From assembly GCA_038046085.1 (NCBI GenBank), contig JBBSWW010000010.1, positions 1 to 46,717 on the forward strand: DNA of 46,717 nucleotides, in the 5' to 3' direction. Position numbers and translations under genes: made by a program. The notes beneath the pieces are model-generated. The model made no database searches and had not been told where the DNA came from. It worked only from the letters and a program-made list of their open reading frames with translations. Numbering within the stretch: position 1 is the first letter of the stretch; every line of letters begins with the position of its first letter. This document shows, piece after piece, positions 1-8,828 of the stretch. Source of the DNA: Nanobdellota archaeon (GTDB lineage Archaea > Nanobdellota > Nanobdellia > SCGC-AAA011-G17 > GW2011-AR18).

Positions 1-760
1 CATTCATTCCATAAAACTCTTTATATAAAACAGAATCCTTATCATTCAATTGTAAGCTCATTATTATCAAATACCTCAAAAATATATAGTAAGCTGAACT
101 TTATAAACCTTTCGATATTTACACCACTATAAAGTAGTATATAAAACCTAGAGGATATATTTTCTAGATTATTGTCATTTTTGATAGTTTAACTTACTTT
201 TTGTCTGTTTCTTGTACTTTTTGTACATGTTATTGACTCGCTGCTTATATACTTCTTAATCTAATATTTATAGCATGATGCTCCACTTATGCTCCAGAAT
301 TGTTAATGAGTTTTATAAAGATTTAATAGAAGATAATATTATGTACACTTTTTCGTATGAAATTTCTAGTGATTTTATTATTCTTATGATTAATAAACAT
401 GTTTCACAATCAGTCATTTACGGACATAAAATCCTACAAGTTTTAAGAATAGTGGCTACAATATGTCTACAAAGCTTAAAAATTGTAAAAAATAATGTTA
501 GTGTATATGCAATGCTAATACAAGACTTAAATATTAAAAATCATAATTGTAATGTGTACCCAATTACAAGAGTTATAAAATAAAGTGTGTACAATATACG
601 TACCATGACTTATAAATCATAAAAAAATAATATAATTATGGAGGTAAAGCTTGGGAAAAACAAAAAACTGCTGAAGAACTCTATAATGCGTTATTGAATA
701 AGTTATCTAAGATAGTAAAAGAAACAGAAAAGGAGTTAAGAAAACTTGAGGAGGAAAAAA

Positions 761-976
761 ATGGTTTATGAAGAAAAAACACCAAAAAAGAATGAAAGAG
801 TAATGTTCAGGATAGAATATGACCTAATGAATGACATAAACAAGATTTCTCAAGATTTTGAAGACACACTATCAAGAACATCAAGAATGCTACTAAGACT
901 AGGAATAAAAGAATATAACAGAAGACAAAAATTATTAGGAAAAGAAACAACAGGAGATTTGACATATAAGGATTAA
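761..976 (+). CDS. Ribbon-helix-helix (CopG-like) DNA-binding protein
   Basis: ERVMFRIE beta-ribbon followed by two helices (DLMNDINKIS...LSRTSRMLLRLGIKEY); ATG at 761 preceded by GAGGAGG Shine-Dalgarno, so preferred over the track's TTG at 746. Confidence 0.7.
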   Translation: MVYEEKTPKKNERVMFRIEYDLMNDINKISQDFEDTLSRTSRMLLRLGIKEYNRRQKLLGKETTGDLTYKD

Positions 977-978
977 TA

Positions 979-1050
979 TAAACTCAGAGTTTACATATAG
1001 AAACTAGAAGTTTATATAAACTAAAGTTAAAACGTTTAAACCTAAGTTTA
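979..1050. promoter_or_regulatory. Array of four imperfect inverted repeats AAAC-N4/5-GTT(T), candidate operator
   Basis: TAAACTCAGAGTTTA (979-993), GAAACTAGAAGTTTA (1000-1014), TAAACTAAAGTTAA (1017-1030), TAAACCTAAGTTTA (1037-1050), about 20 bp apart, upstream of TATA box TTTATATA at 1101. Confidence 0.55.
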
Positions 1051-1129
1051 TATATCGTTTTTATTTATGTAATAACCTATTTTAAGATATATCGGCAAGC
1101 TTTATATAGTATCAATATTTACGATATAT

Positions 1130-1702
1130 ATGGCAGAAAAGGTAAAAGAAAGAATAATAAAAGTATTATTAAATAATCAGGTTTTAACTAAATATAGAAT
1201 ATCTAAATTAGCTAACGCTTCTTTTGGATGGACACATGCTTTTCTTAATAATTTAGAAAAATTAAAACTGATTAAAGATACAAAAGTTGTAAATGTTGAA
1301 GGTTTAGTCAATTATTGGCTTAAAATTAGAAAAAAACCTAAATATAAAGAGTATATGATACAAGAACCTTTAAAGATTATTAAAAACCTAAAACTAGACT
1401 ATGCTATAACAACATATTTTGCTGAAAATGTCATACAAAAATATATATTTCCATCAAGACTTGATATTTACATAAAAGAAGAAGACTTAGAAAAATGGCA
1501 TAAAATATTAACAAATAAAGGATTATATGGAAAAGGAAATGTAAGATTGTTAATAGATGATTCAGGACTGTTTATGTCAAGAAAAATAGAAAGAATGAAA
1601 ATAGTATGCCTTCCTCAATTAATACTTGATTTAAAGCTTGAAGGTGGACCTTGTGAGGAAGCAGCTGAAATGTTAATGAAGAGGTTAAAAAATAATGTAT
1701 AA
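1130..1702 (+). CDS. AbiEi-like type IV antitoxin (N-terminal winged helix, DUF2186-like C-terminus)
   Basis: HTH TKYRISKLANASFGWTHAFLNNLEK; YAIT..AE..DIYI..GNV..PQLILDL..GG..EAAEML pattern; overlaps a downstream nucleotidyltransferase; TATA box 29 nt before ATG. Confidence 0.7.
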   Translation: MAEKVKERIIKVLLNNQVLTKYRISKLANASFGWTHAFLNNLEKLKLIKDTKVVNVEGLVNYWLKIRKKPKYKEYMIQEPLKIIKNLKLDYAITTYFAENVIQKYIFPSRLDIYIKEEDLEKWHKILTNKGLYGKGNVRLLIDDSGLFMSRKIERMKIVCLPQLILDLKLEGGPCEEAAEMLMKRLKNNV

Positions 1703-2543
1703 AGAATTTGAGACAAAAACATCATATAAGTATTTACAAGAAGTGATTAATGCATTAGAAGAACCAATATGCATACTAGGAGGATGGGCTGTATTCTTCC
1801 AAGTAAACGATAAATTCCAGAAAGCACAAGGAAGACCATATTTAGGAAGCAGAGACGTAGACTTAGGATTTCATATAAAGAAAGACTCAACAATAGAAGA
1901 ACTAAAAAATAGTTCACTAGCAAAATCAATAAAAATATTAGAAAACAAGCTAAAATTCAAACCATTAAGCTTCAGGTTAGTGAAAGAAATACATACAGAA
2001 AAAGATGAAGAGATAAAAGAAGGAGAAATAGTACCGATACACTTCATATTCCCAATGTATATAGATACTTTAGTAGATAATATTCCAAAAAACTTCAAAG
2101 AAGTATTCAAGTTCAGTCCAGCAGACGAACCATTGCTAAACTACGCATTCGAGAATGAAGAATACAGAGAAGAACTAAAAGAATTCAACAAAAAATTATG
2201 GCTACCGAAACCAGAATTATTACTAGCGACAAAACTAAACGCATTAAAATATAGAGACAAAGAACACAAGAAAATAAAAGACATATGCGACATATTCGCA
2301 CTAATATGGTATTCAAAAGAAACAAAGAAAACACCTAAAAAGTTAAGCAATAGAATACCAAAAAGACTATCAAATAGATTACCAAGACAAAAACTAGCAG
2401 ATAGAGTAGAAATATTCATAACTAAAAAGAAGATAAAAGAAGCATTATCAATAATAGAAAAAGAAGATTACGAAAAAGCAAGCATACAATTAAACCACAC
2501 ACCAGAAGAAATAAAAAGAGTAATAGAAACATTAAAAGAATAA
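1695..2543 (+). CDS. AbiEii-like nucleotidyltransferase toxin
   Basis: LGGWAV...SRDVDLG nucleotidyltransferase motifs; LLATKLNAL and KDICDI C-terminal motifs; 8-nt overlap with the upstream antitoxin gene. Confidence 0.7.
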   Translation: MYKEFETKTSYKYLQEVINALEEPICILGGWAVFFQVNDKFQKAQGRPYLGSRDVDLGFHIKKDSTIEELKNSSLAKSIKILENKLKFKPLSFRLVKEIHTEKDEEIKEGEIVPIHFIFPMYIDTLVDNIPKNFKEVFKFSPADEPLLNYAFENEEYREELKEFNKKLWLPKPELLLATKLNALKYRDKEHKKIKDICDIFALIWYSKETKKTPKKLSNRIPKRLSNRLPRQKLADRVEIFITKKKIKEALSIIEKEDYEKASIQLNHTPEEIKRVIETLKE

Positions 2544-2554
2544 AGAGGACTGAA

Positions 2555-2794
2555 ATGAAAGAAGAATACGAAATCAAATTCTGGAAAGACTGGTTAAAAG
2601 GAGATAACTCTAAAAGATTAAAGTTAGTTAAGAATTTATCAATAATAAGAGAAGTTAAAGAATTGAATAATTTACCTGAAGAATTTAGAGAAAGAATGTT
2701 AGTTACATCATTAAACGGGTTCTTTGAAGACTTAGAAGCAGCAGTATATACAAAAATAAGACTGGAAAACAAGAAATCTAAAAATGGTAAGTGA
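2555..2794 (+). CDS. Hypothetical protein
   Basis: 79-aa ORF with AGAGGA upstream; tightly packed in a same-strand run. Confidence 0.6.
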   Translation: MKEEYEIKFWKDWLKGDNSKRLKLVKNLSIIREVKELNNLPEEFRERMLVTSLNGFFEDLEAAVYTKIRLENKKSKNGK

Positions 2795-3071
2795 AAAACC
2801 AGTAATATCATCAAGCCATGCTATAAACTGGTATATAGGAAATTATATAATGAATCCTAATAATGCTTTAAGAGACAATGAAGAATTATTAGATGAAGCA
2901 CATAAGTGCCTGGAAAATCTAAAAATAGAATTAAAAAGTCAAAAAATGACACACAAACAATTCCTAGAACTAATTAAAGAAAGAGGAATATATGACAAGT
3001 ATTATCATTACGAGAAAAATGAACATAAATGTGAAATATGTAAAAAATTAGGAATAAGCCAGAGATATTAA
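2784..3071 (+). CDS. Hypothetical protein with C-terminal HxCxxC
   Basis: 95-aa ORF overlapping the previous gene; HKCEICKKLG near the end. Confidence 0.6.
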   Translation: MVSEKPVISSSHAINWYIGNYIMNPNNALRDNEELLDEAHKCLENLKIELKSQKMTHKQFLELIKERGIYDKYYHYEKNEHKCEICKKLGISQRY

Positions 3072-3075
3072 AAAA

Positions 3076-3510
3076 ATGGATAGTTTAGAAAAACAATTAC
3101 TAAATAAAAGCAAAGAAGAACTTATTGAAATACTTAAAAGACTAGTTAAGAATGATAAAGGCTTAGAATTATTCATTAATAATAATACAGACAATATCTA
3201 TAAATTAATAAGAAACTTAAGATATGATGATTATGATCTAAGCGATTTTGTTAAAAGAACAAGAAGAATTCATGATTTAATCATAACAAAAGACAATAAT
3301 TTACAAGAATTGCTAGAATTACTATATAAAATACTAAAAATAATGAACACGTATGACCAATCAAACTTATTAGACAATCTAGCTATCAAAATAACAAAAA
3401 GCATAAACAAAGAATTAAGAAAATTACCTAAAAATAAAGCACAAAAAATAAGAAAAGAAATAATATCAAAATTAGAATATCAAGAGTTTATAGAAGAAAT
3501 ATTAGAATAA
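3076..3510 (+). CDS. Hypothetical alpha-helical protein
   Basis: 144-aa ORF 4 nt after the previous stop; L/K/E-rich helical pattern (LLNKSKEELIEIL). Confidence 0.65.
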   Translation: MDSLEKQLLNKSKEELIEILKRLVKNDKGLELFINNNTDNIYKLIRNLRYDDYDLSDFVKRTRRIHDLIITKDNNLQELLELLYKILKIMNTYDQSNLLDNLAIKITKSINKELRKLPKNKAQKIRKEIISKLEYQEFIEEILE

Positions 3511-3519
3511 ACATAGAGG

Positions 3520-3618
3520 TGTAAGTATCTCTTAAATTATATAAAGCATACTTACATGGCAGATTTAGAGATATTTATTAAATATTTAAGCAACAGCAAT
3601 ATTTATATACCAGTTGCT
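3520..3618. promoter_or_regulatory. Two inverted-repeat pairs each bracketing a TATA-like box upstream of MNT-HEPN
   Basis: TGTAAGTAT (3520-3528) / ATACTTACA (3548-3556) around TTATATAAA; AGCAAC (3589-3594) / GTTGCT (3613-3618) around TTTATATA (3602-3609). Confidence 0.5.
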
Positions 3619-3633
3619 ATATATTTATAGCAT

Positions 3634-4158
3634 ATGCTACAAAAATATACCACATACAGGATTTTGCAAGAGTTCTTCGATAACCCATTAAAGAGTTTCC
3701 AGATGAGAGAAATATCAAGAAACACAAAAATATCACAACCATCAGTAATAAACCATCTAAAAGCATTAATAAAAGAAGAACTAATAATAAGAGAAAACAA
3801 AGGAATATACCCAACATACATAGCAAACAGAGACAACGAAAAATTCAAAATATACAAAAAAATTAATACCATATTAAGATTATACGAAACAAAACTAATA
3901 GACTACATAAACGATAATTGTTTCCCAAGAGTAATAATACTATTCGGATCAGCATCAATAGGAGAAGACACAGAAAAAAGTGATATAGACATCTACGTAG
4001 ACTCAAAAACAAAAGAACTAAAACTAGAAAAATACGAAAAAATAATGAAAAGAAAAATAAACATATTATACGAAGAAAACTTCAACAAGATAAGCGAAGA
4101 ATTAAAAAACAACCTAGTAAACGGAATAATAGTAAAAGGATATTTAAAAGCATTCTAA
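3634..4158 (+). CDS. HTH-fused minimal nucleotidyltransferase (MNT) antitoxin
   Basis: N-terminal HTH (MREISRNTKISQPSVINHLKAL); FGSASIGEDTEKSDIDIYV matches the GS-x10-DxD motif. Confidence 0.85.
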   Translation: MLQKYTTYRILQEFFDNPLKSFQMREISRNTKISQPSVINHLKALIKEELIIRENKGIYPTYIANRDNEKFKIYKKINTILRLYETKLIDYINDNCFPRVIILFGSASIGEDTEKSDIDIYVDSKTKELKLEKYEKIMKRKINILYEENFNKISEELKNNLVNGIIVKGYLKAF

Positions 4159-4160
4159 AA

Positions 4161-4586
4161 ATGGAAAAACTAATCAAAATAACACCAAACACTGAAAGAG
4201 CAAAACACATACTAAAAATAGCAGAAATGACAATAGAAAGACTAAAACTAACAGACACCAAAGAATACGTAACACTAACAACAAAAGACTATTACGACGT
4301 AATAAAAGAACTAATGACAGCAATAGCATTACTAGACGGATATAAAACAGAAGGAGAAGGAGCACACAAAATACTAATAGAATACATAGGAATAAAATAC
4401 AAAGAAATAGCAACACACGAAATAAAAACAGTAGAAGACATGAGAGAAAAAAGAAACAAAACATACTACGAAGGAATATTACTACCAGAAGACTACCTAG
4501 AAAAAAGAAGAGAAAACATAAACTCAACAATAAACAAACTAAAACAAATACTAAAAAACAAAATAGAAACAAATACTAAAAAATAA
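4161..4586 (+). CDS. HEPN-like protein, partner of MNT
   Basis: 2 nt downstream of MNT; YYDVIKELMTA...AHKILIEY...REKRNKTYYEG, helical HEPN pattern with RNxxxY instead of Rx4-6H. Confidence 0.7.
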   Translation: MEKLIKITPNTERAKHILKIAEMTIERLKLTDTKEYVTLTTKDYYDVIKELMTAIALLDGYKTEGEGAHKILIEYIGIKYKEIATHEIKTVEDMREKRNKTYYEGILLPEDYLEKRRENINSTINKLKQILKNKIETNTKK

Positions 4587-4708
4587 TAGAAGAATATTTA
4601 AACAAGCTTTAATATAATATTATAGTTTGATTCAAAAGCCAGATATTGCAGTACAAAACTGCGTTCTAAATGAATACTCGTCCACGCCCGGGGCGTAAAT
4701 ATTTTCTA

Positions 4709-5320
4709 TTATTTAATATTATTAAAAAACCTGTTACATAATCTGTAAGAACCGTAAGCAATAAAGAAAGCAGCAAAGACATCAATGCTATAATGAAGAT
4801 GCATGAACAATACAGTCAATGCTAAAATTATTGTAGAAACTAAAAAGAAAATACCTAACTTAGTCTTCCTGAACAATAAAAAACCTAAAAATGGTACAGC
4901 AGTATGGCCTGAGAAGAAAAGATCATTATTGAACAAGAGAAGGTTATAGATATAATTTGCATGGATAACAACAGCATTTTCTGGAGTCTTAAGATGTGTA
5001 AGAGTGATAAAGAAACTCCTTATAAGAATAAGAAGGCTGAACTGGCTTATGACAATATGAAATTTCTTAGTATAGAAAAATAAAGGATATAATAAAAGAA
5101 CTCCAATAACAAAAGCATAACCGTACAAGAAAATATATGAAAGGTCAAAGACTGGAATCCTATCAAGAATAATATCAGAAGCAACAGCTTCACCAGCCCT
5201 TGATACATAATTACCAGAAAAATAATCAAGAATCACAGCAATGACAAGGAAAAGGAAAGAAATCAATATCTGGAATTTATGCTCAACAAATTCTTTCTTA
5301 CATAATTGTAATCTGTTCAT
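4709..5320 (-). CDS. PAP2-superfamily membrane protein, sphingomyelin/IPC-synthase-like
   Basis: DLFFSGHT and HLHYSIDV catalytic motifs; multiple transmembrane segments. Confidence 0.8.
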   Translation of the reverse strand: MNRLQLCKKEFVEHKFQILISFLFLVIAVILDYFSGNYVSRAGEAVASDIILDRIPVFDLSYIFLYGYAFVIGVLLLYPLFFYTKKFHIVISQFSLLILIRSFFITLTHLKTPENAVVIHANYIYNLLLFNNDLFFSGHTAVPFLGFLLFRKTKLGIFFLVSTIILALTVLFMHLHYSIDVFAAFFIAYGSYRLCNRFFNNIK

Positions 5321-5354
5321 AAGCTAAAATTGATTCAATCATTTATAAATAATA

Positions 5355-5948
5355 CTATGAAGAACTTTGAGAACGCATAGACCTTCTTTTCATGAAGCCC
5401 ATTATTTGAAGAATTATAGTAACAACACCTAAAGCCACCATGACAATCTCTATAATAGTGAATTTAGTTCCAGACCTAAGGTATACCTGCATCACAAAAT
5501 GAGTGAAAGCCAGAATAAAAGCTATATAGTTAAAACGATGAATAAACTTCCAATACCTACCTAAGAGCCTCATAGAATAATCATTAGATGTCAAGAACAG
5601 AATAGATATTATAAAAGCAGCGAACAAACCTAAAGTCAGGAAAGGGAAACTAAATATCAATAAAAAGTTCCATTGCAACCCCCAAATTAATACTGATAAG
5701 AAATGAACTAATACAAAGAAAAAAGTGATGATACCAATAGATCTTCTAGGCTCAAGCAAAGGAGCAAAAACTTTAGGATTAAGAACAACTAAAGGACCAA
5801 TAATCAGACTAATACATAATAGCATGAAAGCTGCTAAACCTGAAAACTGAGTGAAGAAAGCATTCGGGCCAGTAACTGCCATAAAATAAGACAATAAAGA
5901 AACAATAGCTAAAATAATTAATGTGAATAAGCTACTAGTCTTTTGCAT
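5355..5948 (-). CDS. Ferric reductase-like heme-binding membrane protein (MsrQ/YedZ-like)
   Basis: RRSIG..VHF, LTSN..LLGRYWKFIHRFNY..THF motifs; about six transmembrane helices. Confidence 0.8.
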   Translation of the reverse strand: MQKTSSLFTLIILAIVSLLSYFMAVTGPNAFFTQFSGLAAFMLLCISLIIGPLVVLNPKVFAPLLEPRRSIGIITFFFVLVHFLSVLIWGLQWNFLLIFSFPFLTLGLFAAFIISILFLTSNDYSMRLLGRYWKFIHRFNYIAFILAFTHFVMQVYLRSGTKFTIIEIVMVALGVVTIILQIMGFMKRRSMRSQSSS

Positions 5949-5967
5949 ACTAAAAAATCAATATAAG

Positions 5968-6558
5968 TTATTTAAAAATGTTATGTATATCATTTTCTTC
6001 AAAAATATAATCAATAGCATTGCGATTAAATGGAACATCAAGTCTTAAACGGTTATGAGTCAAAATACCTGCCAAAACACCAGCAGCCAATCCAATAACA
6101 ACACTATTAGTACCTAAAGTTGTAAATGAACCAACAACTAATACTGATGCTAAAGGACCATTTTTAGGGAAATAATTTTGATTCCTAACCCTAAACAAAA
6201 AATCTGCCTTCAATGAATCCCTATCACCATCCAAATCTCCAGCAGGAAACTCACCAGTAGAGATTACTAATTTTTTATTCTCTCTTATAGTCCAGCAATC
6301 AACAAAATATTCACTGGTACTAGCTTTTTTAGTTCTAGTAAAAGCATTACTATAGGTATTGTTCCAATATTCTCTCCTGTTAAGAAATTGGTTGTTAAAA
6401 ATATTATTAGTCCAATAAAAATGTCTTTCTGCTTCTCCAAGCATAAAATCAGTAGTTAAAGGATTAAAATTGTATGTATAACCTGAACTAATTGCAAGAT
6501 CTTCCAGGGTATTTGGATCACTATTATCTAAAGCATCATAAAAAAATTTCTTATCCAT
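5968..6558 (-). CDS. Hypothetical protein with C-terminal hydrophobic hairpin
   Basis: 196-aa ORF; G/A/V-rich hydrophobic stretch near the C-terminus; no recognisable motif. Confidence 0.65.
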   Translation of the reverse strand: MDKKFFYDALDNSDPNTLEDLAISSGYTYNFNPLTTDFMLGEAERHFYWTNNIFNNQFLNRREYWNNTYSNAFTRTKKASTSEYFVDCWTIRENKKLVISTGEFPAGDLDGDRDSLKADFLFRVRNQNYFPKNGPLASVLVVGSFTTLGTNSVVIGLAAGVLAGILTHNRLRLDVPFNRNAIDYIFEENDIHNIFK

Positions 6559-6588
6559 AAAAATATGACTATGAGAAAATTTAAAAGC

Positions 6589-7245
6589 TTATTTTATCAA
6601 GACTTTAATAACTTCAGGAAGATCTGCTTTCTCAAATTCACTAATATCCTTCTTATTATTAACAGGCTTCCAGAAACCAAGATGCTTAAACATCCTAAAA
6701 TTAATCTTAGGGAAAACATCATATTCAATGCTACCTTTATCTGGAAGATGTTTTAAGATATCAGATCTAATAAAAAAATACCATCCGCAATTAACCCAGT
6801 CATTAAGAACAGGTTTTTCAACAAATTTACCATAACCATCAACTTCTTTTATTAATCCAAAAGGGAGCATAGGATGAGCAACACAGACAGAATTTTCACT
6901 TAAGTTTTCTAAATCTTTAATATTAATATCAGTAATATCATCACAATTCAGTACTATAACTTTATCTGAACTAGACATTAGTAAAGCTTTCTTAATACCA
7001 CCAGCAGTACCTAAAGGTTCATTTTCAATACAGAATTTAATATTATTATCAGGATAATTAGAGTTAACAAAATCAATAATTTCTTGATAACGATGACCAA
7101 CTGAAATAATAATATTATCAACTTTATCTTTAAAATAATCAATCTGATAAAATAAAACAGGTTTACCTCTTACAGGAACCATAGGCTTAGGCAAGATATC
7201 TTCCATACGAGTACTTTTACCACCTGCTAAGATAACTACATCCAT
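6589..7245 (-). CDS. Sugar-phosphate nucleotidyltransferase (NTP_transferase; mannose-1-P guanylyltransferase-like)
   Basis: VILAGGKSTRM..PKPMVPV, EPLGTAGG, FVEKP motifs. Confidence 0.9.
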   Translation of the reverse strand: MDVVILAGGKSTRMEDILPKPMVPVRGKPVLFYQIDYFKDKVDNIIISVGHRYQEIIDFVNSNYPDNNIKFCIENEPLGTAGGIKKALLMSSSDKVIVLNCDDITDINIKDLENLSENSVCVAHPMLPFGLIKEVDGYGKFVEKPVLNDWVNCGWYFFIRSDILKHLPDKGSIEYDVFPKINFRMFKHLGFWKPVNNKKDISEFEKADLPEVIKVLIK

Positions 7246-7326
7246 AAACTTAATAGAAAAAGTTGTTATATAAAGATTTCCTTGATTAAACCAATATTTT
7301 AAAAATGTTACCTTATTAGCAATATA

Positions 7327-8445
7327 ATGGCAAGTGTAAATATATTACAATATGGTTGTACAGCAAATTATGATAATGGAAACATAATAGCAGGATTATT
7401 AATAGAGAATAATCATAGTATAGTAAACAATACAGAAGAAGCAGATGTAGTAATAGTAAATAGTTGTACAGTAAAAGGAAAAACAGCAGATAAGATCCAC
7501 CATAAAATCAGAGAATTAATAGAAGATGGGAAAAAATTAGTTGTTACAGGATGTATGCCATCTGCTGATAATAAATTATTAAAAGAGATAGCACCAAAAG
7601 CTGCATTAATTAGTACACAGAATATAACTGAAATAAACAATGTAATAAATAAATTATTAGAAGGGGAGAATTTAATATTAACAAATAAGAGAAAAGAGAT
7701 AAAACTAGGATTACCGAAATTAAATCCCGATAATAAGATAGCATCTATTCAGATCTCTGAAGGATGCACATCTAATTGCGGATTTTGTTCAACTAAGTTA
7801 GCAAAAGGAAACCTATTTTCATATCCAAAAGAAAAAATAATAGAAGAAGTAAAAAAATATGTAAATCAAGGATATAAAAGAATAAATTTGACTAGTACAG
7901 ATAATGGATGTTATGGAATAGACTTAGGATATAACTTAGTTGATTTATTAAAAGATGTAATAGAAATAGATGGAGATTTTAATGTAAGAGTTGGAATGTC
8001 AAACCCAGAACATGTTAAAAGATATTACAAAGAACTAGCTGAACTTTATAATAATGAAAAGATAATGAAATTCATCCATATACCAGTACAAGCTGGAAGT
8101 GATAAAGTATTACAAGAGATGAACAGAAAATATACAGTAAAAGAGTATAAAGAAATAGTAAATGAATTCAGAAAACAGATACCAGGAATAACAATAGCAA
8201 CTGATATCATAGTAGGATACCCAAGCGAGAGTGAAGAAGATTTCAAAGAAACTATTGAATTAGTAAAAGAAATAAAATTTGAAGTAATGAATATTAGTAA
8301 ATTTGCATCAAGGCCAAGAACAAAAGCAAGCAAAATGAAACAGCTAACAAGTGAGACAATAAAAGAGAGAAGTGTAGAAATAACAAAAGTATATCTAGAA
8401 ACAAAAGAAAACAAAGAAGATTTTATTGAAATGGAGATGATATGA
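7327..8445 (+). CDS. mtaB: Radical SAM tRNA methylthiotransferase (archaeal MtaB/CDKAL1-like), no TRAM domain
   Basis: YGCTAN, VNSCTVK, VTGCMP (UPF0004 cysteines); ISEGCTSNCGFC CxxxCxxC; RVGMSNP, HIPVQAGSD, TDIIVGYP. Confidence 0.85.
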   Translation: MASVNILQYGCTANYDNGNIIAGLLIENNHSIVNNTEEADVVIVNSCTVKGKTADKIHHKIRELIEDGKKLVVTGCMPSADNKLLKEIAPKAALISTQNITEINNVINKLLEGENLILTNKRKEIKLGLPKLNPDNKIASIQISEGCTSNCGFCSTKLAKGNLFSYPKEKIIEEVKKYVNQGYKRINLTSTDNGCYGIDLGYNLVDLLKDVIEIDGDFNVRVGMSNPEHVKRYYKELAELYNNEKIMKFIHIPVQAGSDKVLQEMNRKYTVKEYKEIVNEFRKQIPGITIATDIIVGYPSESEEDFKETIELVKEIKFEVMNISKFASRPRTKASKMKQLTSETIKERSVEITKVYLETKENKEDFIEMEMI

Positions 8446-8828
8446 TACAAGTAAATTTCGAACAAGTTGTAAATGCACATATTCCTAATATAAAAATAGA
8501 AGAAGTAGGCTATATAGGCAGAAGAGTATATGTGATGTTAAGAATGCCAGATGATGTAATGCATTTTTACACATGTTTTGAACAAAAAGGTGCTCATGGA
8601 GATGTTGAACAAGAGAATATTGATGAAGATTGGATAAAAAGAATGTGGGAAAGATCAGGACTAGATACAAGACTCGAAGATTTAGAAAGATTAGATAATG
8701 GAAGAATATCAATAGCAAATGTAGCAAGAAGAATAAAACGTGGCGTAGGAAAAACACATTATATGACACGTTACAGTGTTAAACATAGAGAAGAGTATAC
8801 AACTGTAACTATAGAATCAAAAGATTAG
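8442..8828 (+). CDS. Hypothetical protein
   Basis: ATGA overlap with the methylthiotransferase stop; codon pattern matches other + strand genes. Confidence 0.65.
   Translation: MIQVNFEQVVNAHIPNIKIEEVGYIGRRVYVMLRMPDDVMHFYTCFEQKGAHGDVEQENIDEDWIKRMWERSGLDTRLEDLERLDNGRISIANVARRIKRGVGKTHYMTRYSVKHREEYTTVTIESKD

Noticed and set aside
275-583. 102-aa ORF
   Set aside because: No motif, no clear promoter spacing and codon use unlike neighbouring + strand genes; cannot be supported
213-603. Scattered TGTAC/GTAC words as possible RHH sites or iterons
   Set aside because: Too short and irregularly spaced to distinguish from chance
4670-4698. tRNA 3' fragment or att site
   Set aside because: No T-arm (GTTCRA) and no integrase in the window
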